This document shows positions 50,960-61,659 of a stretch of 64,000 bases of DNA, in pieces. The position numbers were made by a program, and so were the translations under genes. How positions within the stretch are numbered: position 1 is the stretch's first letter; every line of letters starts with the position of its first letter. The DNA is from Mobula hypostoma (taxonomy: Eukaryota): positions 139,564,001 through 139,628,000 of the forward strand of contig NC_086097.1 of assembly GCF_963921235.1 (NCBI RefSeq). The letters run 5' to 3'. Under the pieces are notes generated by a model, which had not been told where the DNA came from, did not search any database, and was given only the letters and a program-made list of their open reading frames with translations.

Positions 50960-52190
50960 TATTAATCAGAATCAGGTTTATAATCAGTCTTATTATGACG
51001 TGAAATTTGCTGTTTTGCAGCAGCATAATGCAAAAGGATTAACATGATAGTGCTCACATGTTCATGAACAGCTCAAAAATCTATTGACAGGGATGAAGCT
51101 GTTTTTGAATCCGAGTGTGGGTTTTCAGGCTCTTGTAGCTTCTACCAGATGGTAGTTCCGTGAAGAGGGGATTTCCTGGATGGTGAGAGTGCTGAGTGGA
51201 TATCACCTTCTTGAGTCACTAACTTTTGAAGATATCCTTGAAAGGTGGGTGGGGGGGGGCAGGGATAAGGATTGTACCCATGATGGAACTCAGCCTACAA
51301 TTTCTGCAGCTTCTTACGATCCTCTGCATTGGAGGATCCATGTGATGCAACCATTCAGAATGTTCTCAAGCATACATATATACAAATTTGCAAGTGTCTT
51401 TGCCAACACACCAAATCTCTTAAAACTCAAGCTGCTGATGTGTCTTCTTCATGATTGCATCAATGTGCTGGGCCCAGAACAAATCCTCCAAGATGCTGAC
51501 ACCCAGAAACTTAAGGCCATTCATCCTTTCCACCACTGACCCCTCAATGAGGATAGGTACATGTTCTTCCAAATTTCTCTTCCTTAAGTCCACAGTCAAT
51601 TCCTCGGTATTGCTGTTACTGAGTGCTTGAAGTTGGATTTTTGCAACACCACTCAACCAGCCAATCTATCTCACTGCTGTATGTACATCACATTGCCATC
51701 TGAGAATACCAACAACAGTAGCATTATCTGCAAATTTATTGATGGTGTTTGAGCTGTGCTTAGCCACACAATGAGTGTACAGAGGGCAGATTAAGCACAC
51801 ATCATTGAGCCATGTCTGTGTTGAAAGTCAGGAAGATTTTAATCACCAATCAGTACTGACTTGTCCCCTGTGAAGAAGTCGAGGTCTTGGTGCAGACGAA
51901 GGTAGTGACCCAGGTTTAGAAGCTTAGTGGTTAATACTGAGGGAATGATGGTATTGGACACCAAGCTACAATCAATAAACAGCAGCCTAACAAGCATAGC
52001 TTGTTGCATAGGTGCTCCAAAGCAGAGTGGACAGCCAGTGAGCTTGCATCCACTATAGATCTGTTGTGGTGGTTGGTGAATTATAGAGGGTCTGAGTCCA
52101 AGGCCTTGCTGAGGAAGGAGTTAATTCATAGCCATAACCATAACCAACTTCTCAAAACACTTAATGGTAGTTGTGAGTGCTACCAGTAGA
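50960..52190 (-). mobile_element. Rex1/Babar LINE fragment
   Basis: ORF 51420-51656 contains TEELTVDLRK...FLGVSILEDLFWAQHIDAIMKK. Confidence 0.8.
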
Positions 52191-55100
52191 TAATCACTGA
52201 AGCACACACATCATGAATTGAGACAATGGACAAGTAGCCAGATTCCTGACACCTGCCCACTGAGAACTATCCTTGCAACTGGTAATCCTGAGTTAAGATT
52301 AGAGCATAAGCGTTCCCTCAAAAACTCTAGCACAAATGATCAAAGTACTGGTACACAAAAGCTCGACACAATTCGGGCCTCAATTATTTCCAAGAGACTA
52401 CTTCTGTAAAAAGTGATCAGGTTTCCCACTCTGCCTCGAACATTCCTGAGTAAACAACCCAGGTTTGTCCAACTTCTTGTTAAAGGTCATACCCTCCAAT
52501 CCAGGCAACATCCTGGTGAAGCTTCTCTGATGCCTCGACATCCTGCCTGAGATGTTTTTCTTTTTGCTGTCTCAATGGACTGGATGGCATGCAAACAAAA
52601 GCTTTTCATTGCATCTCAATACATACAACAATAATAGACAAATACCAATAATACATGAAAGTATTGCTGAAATGCATAACCAAGGGCAAAACTGTGCCCA
52701 AAACATGCCAGGCTTCCTTTTGTTTCTACTTCGTTATTACAAACACGTAGTAAATTACAAAAGCTTGAACTTGAGAACTCCTTTGAAAATGTAAGAGAAT
52801 TTGTGTGACATTGGATTGTCAAAGTCAGGTGTTCTAGTGAACCACCATATTAGTTACAGAAAAGTGGGGCAGCAGGTAGTGCCGCTGCAGTCTCAGAGCT
52901 CAAGTAACCTAGGTTCAAACCCAACCTGTTTTTCTGTCTCTGACAACTTAAGATATTCATCGTGTCCTCCAATTACTTCCCATATCCTAAAGCTTCACTG
53001 GTTGGTAGACAATAAATGTCGGTTAGAAGTACAATATAATATAGGCAGATGGAAGTACAATCAGGGTTAAGTTGATGGGTATGAAGGGGAACAGACATAG
53101 GGAAATAATTATGAATGCCAGTGTAGATCTAATGGGTCAAATTGCCACTTATGTAAGGAACAACAAGAATCATAGGTAATGTGATATGATTGCTTTTGCT
53201 GAATTTTATCTATTTAAATCTGGACTGTATTTTTCTGTAGAAAATAATTTCTCAATTATAATTAGGCTTCTTTTAGTTTTGCCATTAGACAAACTAAATT
53301 AATACACACTGCAAGTCCAACTACTCTGTTGGGATATATGAAACCATTAATTAAAATCATAACCCCATTAAGAAATTATTTAACTGAAAGCCAAGTCCTC
53401 TGCAATCATCCTTGCACAAAGTGATCTGCCAAATGTATGGCCAGAGAAATTTTGTTTTTGTAGTCAGAGAAAACAATGCCAAACCATACACAGAAGGACA
53501 TTTACAATGCTTAAGGATTCTTTAGTACATAAAGTTTAAATGTAACCAAAAGAAAATCCACCTGAAATCCTACACTGCTTGAATTAATTTACTACTCAAT
53601 CAACCTAACTGCCAACTTAAACATTTATAATCTGTCTTAAAACTAAAAGTGACATTCTCTTTCACTAGCCAGCTGAACATAACCCAATTTCCAGAATAAA
53701 GATTAAAAAAAACAGAATGTAATCTACCGAACAACGGCACATTGAGGATAAGGGAAAGCTTAAGTCATCACTTAAACTGGCAATGATAGACATGACCTGA
53801 AAGTTTTTTTGCAAGACCACAAGTGAAGCATCACAAGAACTGTTTATTCAAGGCAGATCTACTAAAGGATACCATTTCAACATTCTGCAAGGACTAACTG
53901 CAGAAGTTTTCCCACCCTGTACAACTCAGAACCTCTCAGAATCCCAGGAACACTCTGCACTTCAATTTTGTCAGCTACCAGAATGAACATTCATTAGTAT
54001 TGTTACCAAGTGCCACAAAATAGAATGCAAGACAACAGGCCCAGTATAATCTACGTCTTCAACCCCCACAAGATTTTTACTGTGTGAATGTCAAGGAAAT
54101 AACCAGCCTGAAGAAGAGATGGCGAATAGTCAGGGACTAAGATCAAGAAAGGAAAGGAGAAATGAAACCAGCAAAAGGGAGGTTGAAGGGGATTGTGAGG
54201 CGGCCAAAAAGAAACAAGGGGGGAGAGAGAAAGGAGAATAGTAGGGTAGAGAAGAAAGTTTTGAGAGTACAGGGAGGGATTCTGGGCCAAATTAAGCAAA
54301 AACTGTTACCCAGGGAATATTAATAAAACCATTGGTGCATTTGAGTAAATCCAGAGAAGTAGTAAAAGGAACAGATGAAATGCTGCCAAAGTTAAATGAA
54401 GGATAAAGACTTATATGGAACATTAATGTTGGCATGGACTGGCTTCTTTTTAAACGTGCAAATGTTATTTTTTAGTTCATAGAATATTTAGAGTATAGGA
54501 GATAATTTAGCCCATGCAGGTCTCTAATTCCATCCTTCAGCATTTTCTCCATAACCTGCAGATCTTTCTTACTATTTATTCAATTTCTTCTTGAAGACTA
54601 TATTAGAGCCTTTCTCCACCATGCCTGCAGGTAGCAAGTTCCAGTTTTCAATAATTTTCTTCCAAAATGTTTCTTCGTGTCACTATGAATTGTCTTCCCT
54701 TTATTTTGTGTCTATTTTGCTATTCTCACAAAACCCAGCCTGATTATTCAGATGATATTATTACTATAATTCTAATATTTGAGAGGTCAGTCTAAAATTT
54801 GAGACTTATTATAACCACTCAAACAACTTAAGTAGGGCTTTATATCTAAATGAATACAACTCTGATCATCCTAACCAACATTTACCAACCACTAATTCTC
54901 TTGCTCCCAAACCGAATAAAATTATACCCAGGATTTCATCTATTGAAATTTTTGCCATTGAAGACACAAAAATGCTCTTTAACTACTTATTTTGCATCTT
55001 ATGCTTCCTTAAGTTTTGCCTTAAATTTCATTGCATCCTGATGGATTTCTCGTAATGAGCAAACAAACTAAAGCTTCACACCATTAAGCAATATAATAGA

Positions 55101-57942
55101 ATTTAACCAGATGGAATGGTAGAACTTTGTATCCTCATTTCAAAAATGGCTCATGCTACCAACCCAACAGAATCTACATGTGCACGGTAACCCGAGAAAC
55201 ACTGGCATGGAGAACAGAAGCATTCAACAAACTGGCACAAGTTCCACTTAACATAGCAATAATGTACAAGTATGTTATAAAATTAAAGCTGGCATTTTAA
55301 TGGGGGCATTTTGCTTAAGAACAACAGGTAGAAAGTTTCAGGAAAAAAATCCGAAAGCTCAACCTTAACATCTGAAGGGAAATTGCTTATTTTTTTTTAG
55401 AAAGTCCAAAACAAAAACTTGATCAACAAACTTATGGCTGATTGAATCACTGTGTCTCTAAAATCCAAAGGCAACAAGTCCAACAAAAAATGTCCAGTTA
55501 TTCAAACCTAACTGTAGTAGTTCAATAAAGTTACCAATCACATTTGATTTCCCCACTTTTATAAGGAAGCTCTTACACAGATCAGATTGGACAGGGGTTC
55601 AAATATAGACCATCTCACAACTAACCTTTTAGCTATATTGACAACTTGCAAGGAGAAAACTTTCAACATAATGCCCCAATTCTAATGTAGTATCTCAATA
55701 ATAAGACCAGTTAATGAGTATTTCCTTCTAGTGCCATATATCTAGTTATAGTGGTACTATGGTCAGTACACCTCTAAGGTTTAATAAATCTTCATTCTAT
55801 TTTCACTGTCTTCAATTATACAATATACTCTTAACTTTAATCATCACTGATAGACCAAACGTAAAATTCAAACTCACATTGGCTAAATAACAAGACCTCA
55901 ACTCTGCCAAGAATTCAAATATTGCACTCTACCTAAGATTGCCAAGGCTGCTGTTTTAGGTAGTGGATCTTGAAGAATTTAGTTCCAATCTGAAACATGC
56001 CACCAACGAGAGAGAGAGCCTCCAAGCGAGAAAGAGAAACCAGATTTTAAGAGCACAAACAAAAATGCTGGTTTACAAACAAACTGCCTATTCCCACATC
56101 TATTGCTAGTGCAAAAATGCCAAAAGGAAAGGTGCTGCAGCTGGTCTGCCAGACATCACAGTTTAATTTCTACAGCTGTACAAGCTTCATACAACTGCAC
56201 GACTACACAAATTGAACATGCCACTACTGCAGGGAGCATTTTGCTATATAAACTGATCCATTGTCTAGCTTAAAGACAAAGAAATATGTTGAATATTTTG
56301 ATGAGGCCCAAGACTGTTTATTTTGTAAAACCTACATCTTGTATCTGGCACAACTATATACCCTTTCAGGTACCGGAACGTATAGGAAATAAAATGCCGC
56401 AACCCAATTAATTCCTTTTAAAACTGAATCTAACTACTCTCCTTGTAAATAGCTACATTCAACCATAACATCTGCATTGATGAGTTGATAGCTTGTTATA
56501 ACTATGAAACTAAAGCATATTACATTGTAAGAAATTGACATAATAATCAAAACTATAACCTACTAGGTACAAGAAAAAAACATAAGGCAAACTAGGAATT
56601 TGGTTTTGCTGAGCCAGAGACTGCAGATGCTAGAATCCAGAGAAACAAACAATCTGCTAGAGGAACGCAGTAATGATTGAAACCATAAGGTTGAGCAACA
56701 TCTGTGGGCAAGGAGAAATCATCGACATTTTGGACTGAACCCTACAACAGGATGGGTCATAACCCTATTTTAAAAATTTAATTAAAATATTTTAGTACAG
56801 TTAATACTAAAATTGGAATCTCTGAATCTGGAACTGTAGATGCTGAAAAAAAATCAGTTAATGAGTACGTATTTTACACTTGAATGATCATTGTTTAGCA
56901 TTAGGATGGCCCTATTGAACAATACAGTTTAAAATATGAAATAAGAGAGTCATCTGCATTGACTTCAACATGAGATGGCATATGAAAAAGTAAATCTTTT
57001 AAAGAAATCAGTAACTGTAGCAGAATGGCTCAAGATTTGTTTTACAGATAGATAAACTGAAGGAAGTCATGTGGTTTGCTATGTCTCAAATGCTTAGCAG
57101 GTCTCATAACTGCAGCTCTCCACTGCATTCACATTTAACATTCTTTCACAGCATACAGAGTTTAAACATTTTCAAAGAATCAATGTGGACTAAAATAATG
57201 CAATATTTGAAAATCTGATCAAGCAATACTTAAAAATCACGATAGCTAATAATCAATAAACCAAATCCTTCATAGGCTGCACAACTACCACAGGAGGCCT
57301 TTCATGACGACAAGTTGATTAGAATTCAATAAGCATATGGGCTAACATACACACACACACACACAAAAAGAGGTTGTATAAAATCTTTACAAATCAAACA
57401 TTAGGTCTCCTCGCCAATGCTCTTTGCAGTTCATGGTGGATATTTCAGGAAGGATGTCAAAGTCTTAAATTTGCAGAGGATTTGCCGAATGGATGCAAGA
57501 TATATTAAAATTCATTTATATGGAAAAATAGAGACATTGGCAAAAAACTTAAGATATATAGATAGGTTAGATGGGCGAGCCAATCTGACAAATAGAACAC
57601 AACATAATACTGTCCACTGTAACAGGAAAAACATAAAGGTTATTCACTGCAGAGTTGAGAGATATGGAAGGATTTGGGTAACCCAATTCATGATTCACAA
57701 TGATAAAGTAAAACAAGTATCAGGGAAGCTAACACAACTTCTCATTAACTTTTGAAGTAAATTGAATAGAAACGCAGGGAAGTTGCACTTAAGTTGTAAA
57801 CAGTACTGGGGTGCAAACATTCTAGAGTATCATATGCAGTATTTTAAAGGGAGGATGTTAATGCACTGGAAGTGGTGAGAGGTTCACTGCAATAGTATAA
57901 AAAACAAACTGCTGGAAGAACTTAACAGGTCAAGCAACAACA

Positions 57943-58212
57943 GGGTGGTACAGCAGCATAGTGGTTAGCACAATGCTTTACCGTACAGGCGATCAGGGTT
58001 CAATCCCTGATGCTGCCTGTAAAGAGTTTGTACATTCTTCCCATGAACTCGGTTTCCTCTGGCTTCCTCCCACAGTCCAAAGACATACTGGTTGGAAGGT
58101 TAACTCGTCATTGTAAATTGCCCTGTGATTAGGCTAGGGTTAAATTAGTGGGTTGCTGTGTGGTGTGGCTCAAAGGGCCGGAAGGGTCTACTCCACACTT
58201 TATCTCAATAAA
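57943..58212 (+). mobile_element. V-SINE (HE1-like), near full length, nested in Penelope and old LINE debris
   Basis: tRNA head (agcatagtggttagc, gggttcaatccc), V-domain ggtttcctctggcttcctcccacagtccaaagac, and tail tatctcaataaat. Confidence 0.85.
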
Positions 58213-59075
58213 TCTGCCGGGGGTGGTAGTGCTAGTGGTTCGGGATCTGACAACATTTCACGCCACAGCCCTGCATTGACTGGACTGATATCCAGAATGA
58301 GCAGGTAGTCTTGTGATGATAGGTTGCACAGGCTCGGCCTCTATCTGCAGGAGTTTAAAAGATCATGAGCTACCTTGGAAAAAAATACAAAATCTGGAAT
58401 GCTCTGGGCAGGCTGGATGTGGAGCTGATTCTTGTGAAAAGAACTGAGGTCACTGTTTAAAATCTGGTCACCTATTTAAGTCAGAGACAAATCAAAAATT
58501 CTCCATTTGTGAGATGCATAAGATTCTTGCTCTAAGGGTGGTAAAACCAGAGACTATAAGACTTTCAAAAGTCAATAGTAGAAACATTATTGGTAAGGGG
58601 TTGAAATGTTAACTAAAGGGAGACAGGGATGCAGAGTGGAGATTACTGTCTGATGAGACTACTACTTCCTTCTTCTCATTTGAATGTTTGCAGCAGTATT
58701 GCTAGAGAAGGCCAAGGTAAATTGGGGCATTCAAAACTAAAAGAATTTGTGAAATGTTAAGGAAAGCGGAAACCATTTCTATTGACAAGGTGGTTGAGAT
58801 AATGAGAATCACCAAGAACAGAGATTTATGAATATACTTAGTCTGAGAAACGGCATAAAATGTACTTTTAATAAGAACTTTACAGAAAAAAATTGGATTA
58901 CTATTGGACAAAAAAATCACCAGATTATGGGAAAGCACAGGGCAATTGGAGAATTCTGCAAAGATTCCAATGGCCTCCTATATTGGAAGATACCACAATC
59001 TAAAATGTTAAGCTATCAAATTTACCACCACTCCATCCCCCAGTAAAAATTACAAACATAAGAACAGCAAATCAT

Positions 59076-59139
59076 AAACACAAGAAATTCTGCAGATGCT
59101 GGAAATTCAAAGCAACACACCCAAAATACTGGAGGAATT
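59076..59139 (-). mobile_element. Penelope-like terminal tail fragment with ~16-bp TSD
   Basis: cataagaacagcaaat (59057) and cataagaacaacaaat (59140) flank aaacacaagaaattctgcagatgctgg... Confidence 0.75.
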
Positions 59140-59897
59140 CATAAGAACAACAAATTCATTACATAGTTTCACTAACAAAGAAATCATAAAAAAATCAACA
59201 TACAGACTTCGTAATCAGATAAAAATAGGCATGTCACTCACTAGCAACTAATTCATTCATAAAATGTAAAGGGTTAGAGACAGAGAAAACTTCGCGGAAC
59301 GGACTTTGGGCTGATTTAAAAGAAGGACCTTTTCCTATCTTAAGTCTACACTTCGAAAACCGGTTACAAGTTGGGAATCAGAATGAAACTGTTCTTGTTT
59401 TTACGAGACCGCTTCCACGTTAAACAGGAAAGGAGGGAGGTATGGGTCTTCCCGGTGCGGAACTCACTAAGCTGGTCTCACTCTGAGAGTCAACTCAAGC
59501 GCAACGGACCGAGTGGCCCCTTCCTGAAGCCGCAGCCACACATCATGCAGCCTGTAAGGAATAGACGGCTGGGTGGGTCCCGCATTGCCGCCTTCACCCG
59601 GGGTACAGCATTCCGACCCAGCCACGGCCCTGGCGCAGAGCCATTCCACCCCGCCGCCCGCTCTGACCTCAGCGGTTAGGACCGTGAAGAGTGTGGGGAG
59701 ATACCCAGGCCCGAGGGCGCACCGGACTACGCAGGGCCCGGCCCCTCCCAGAGCCGCTACTCTCCGGCTCGCCGACAACAGTAGTAGCCGCCCGCTATCC
59801 AGCCCCGTTTCCCCCCCGGCGTCTGAAGCCACACTTAGCGCCCGGCTGAGCTCGGAGCACCCCCTGGACGCGACGGTCGTCCACCGGCAGTACTCAC

Positions 59898-59934
59898 CCA
59901 TGCTGGCAGCCGCAGATCTGTCACAGCCCGACAT
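59898..59934 (-). CDS. SEPTIN7: Septin 7, coding exon 1 (MSGCDRSAAASM + G, ends in phase 1)
   Basis: ATG at 59934 lies in a CpG island. The 37 nt are followed by the donor G|gtgagt (plus actcac, 59892-59897). The peptide resembles the vertebrate SEPT7 N-terminus as I recall it (MS...RSAAA...M). Confidence 0.88.
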
Positions 59935-59950
59935 TGTGCTCTACATCACC

Positions 59951-60021
59951 GCCCGCCAACAGAACTCGCGACAGGTCCGACGCCAAACGAGAGTTCAGCG
60001 ATGAAACTCGCTCTCGCGGTG
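59951..60021. promoter_or_regulatory. E2F-like site and two BANP-like (TCTCGCGAGA-type) motifs
   Basis: gcccgccaa at 59951-59959, actcgcgaca at 59964-59973 and tctcgcggtg at 60012-60021. All are imperfect matches inside the CpG island. Confidence 0.4.
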
Positions 60022-60033
60022 TTAGCGCGTACA

Positions 60034-60055
60034 GGGCATTCTGGGTACTGTAGTT
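60034..60055 (-). promoter_or_regulatory. ZNF143/STAF (SBS) site with ACTACA extension
   Basis: Minus strand AACTACAGTACCCAGAATGCCC matches the ACTACA-n-CCCA-nn-ATGC housekeeping promoter motif, 100 bp upstream of the ATG. Confidence 0.75.
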
Positions 60056-60080
60056 ATTGTGGTCAATGCTGAACAACGTT

Positions 60081-60210
60081 TTTGATGAAGGGTCTCGGCC
60101 CGAAACGTCGACTATTTACTCTTTTCCATAGATTCTGCCTGGCCTGCTGAATTCCTCCAGCAGTTTGTTTGCGTTGCTTTGGATGTGCAGCATCTGCAGG
60201 TTTTCTCGTA
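60081..60210 (+). mobile_element. Penelope-like terminal repeat inserted in the SEPTIN7 promoter region; partial hammerhead motif at 60082-60113
   Basis: ttgatgaagggtctcggcccgaaacgtcgact...cagcatctgcaggttttctcgt. Confidence 0.8.
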
Positions 60211-60289
60211 CCTGTGACCAAAATTCCAGTCTGCTTTGCGCCAGCCCGCCAAACCAGGTCTGCGTTTGCGCAGTGACTAAATTTTCAGC

Positions 60290-60785
60290 GCAGGTTGAGG
60301 GGAGATAGGAGATTGAGGTTTGGGGCGGGAGGAAGGACCTCTGTGGAGGGAGGGGTGTGTTTTGGGGAGTGTAGGGTGAGGGAATATAGAGGAGGGGGCA
60401 GGGGGTTTAGGGTGGATGGGAGGAGATTGGGGTAGAGGGGAGGGGAAGTGTTATGTGAGGGTTGGAGAGTGGAAATCGGGGAGGTGAATGCTTGAGGAGG
60501 TTGGGGTTGGGTGGAGGAAGACACGAGGAGGGAGACAGGTGGAGAGGAGGCAGAGGTTGGGCTATGGAATGGTTGGGGGTTAGAGGGGAGGGGTGGGTTG
60601 GTGTAGCGGATAGGTGGATTTGGAGGAGGGTAATGGGAGGAATAAGGGTAGTGATAGAGAAAGGCTGGTTTGGGCAGGGGGTGAAGAAGGGATGGGGAGG
60701 GATGGTTTCGGCAGAAGAAGGGATAAGATTGGATGGTTTGGTGGAAGAAGGTTGGATGAAGTATAGAGGGTGTAGGTAGGGAGAA
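60290..60785. repeat. G/A-rich low-complexity tract
   Basis: Dense GGG/GGGG runs and almost no C on the plus strand. Confidence 0.8.
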
Positions 60786-61179
60786 CTTCTAAGGAGTGTG
60801 TTGACAGCAGGAGAGTGTCTCTGGGGTAGGTTGGGCAGTCGGCTGTCCTGACAGAAGCCATCGCCTCAGGACAGCACGCATCAAGATCCCATGAGCAGTT
60901 GTGAGGACGAATCAGGACCTCTGATTCCCTATCATGATACTCAGTACTGCTCCCCTGTCATTGTAGTGCTCCCTTGCTACCAATCCTCCCCAAGGTGCAG
61001 CGCTCACTCGGTACTGACTCTCCCACAGTGCTTGACCTATTTCAGATGGGATATTAAAAACCTCAGGCTCCCTCAAGTGGATGTAGAAGTAGAGCAGTGT
61101 TTGGGAGAAAAGCAGGAAGTTGCTCCTGTAGTGATGGCCCTTGGTCAATAAGCACTGAAGCAGTATCTCATCTTTCTTT

Positions 61180-61280
61180 TGATGGATGGAGGGTCTCGGC
61201 CCGGAACGTCGACTGTACCTCTTCCTATAGATGCTGCCTGGACTGCTGCGTTCACCAGCATTTTTTGTTTGTGTTGCTTC
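61180..61280 (+). mobile_element. Penelope-like terminal repeat fragment
   Basis: gagggtctcggcccggaacgtcgactgtacctcttcctatagatgctgcctgg. Confidence 0.8.
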
Positions 61281-61659
61281 TCATCTTTATTGGTGGATTT
61301 TGCAGTGCACCTTCCCCTGGCCCCAGCGTTCCTTTGTTTTTGATATGTCATTGGGAAATCCCATCCCAATCAATAAATATTTCCATCTTAGTACCAACAT
61401 TTGCTGATATTTGCAAACTCTTTAGCATGCTGATAACAAGCTCAACTATTGAATTTCTGCTCCACTCATCATTCCCTCTGTGTTGACTGTCACTGCAAAT
61501 AGTTGTATGGCATGGTACAGAAATGCATTTTTCATTGCCTTTAGATTTTTAGACCAACAGCAACACCAGTATTATTGATTGGCTAATCAATGGTTGTGAA
61601 CTCTTGTTCTGTTAAATAAATGTTGTTGCAGCCTGTTAGTCATCAAACCAATCCATGAA

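Larger units (their letters stand above)
59440..60060. promoter_or_regulatory. CpG-island promoter / 5' end of SEPTIN7
   Basis: The only extended GC- and CpG-rich non-repeat stretch in an AT-rich, CpG-poor window. It spans the ATG and the first donor. Confidence 0.85.

Noticed and set aside
57943..58015. tRNA-like sequences here and at 48535-48610
   Set aside because: These are SINE heads with A and B boxes. They run on into SINE bodies and lack a complete cloverleaf.
59467..59897. 155-aa minus ORF continuing from the SEPTIN7 ATG, and overlapping plus ORFs 59371-59679 and 59573-60004
   Set aside because: This is read-through into GC-rich intron 1 past a consensus donor. Stop codons are rare in CpG islands.
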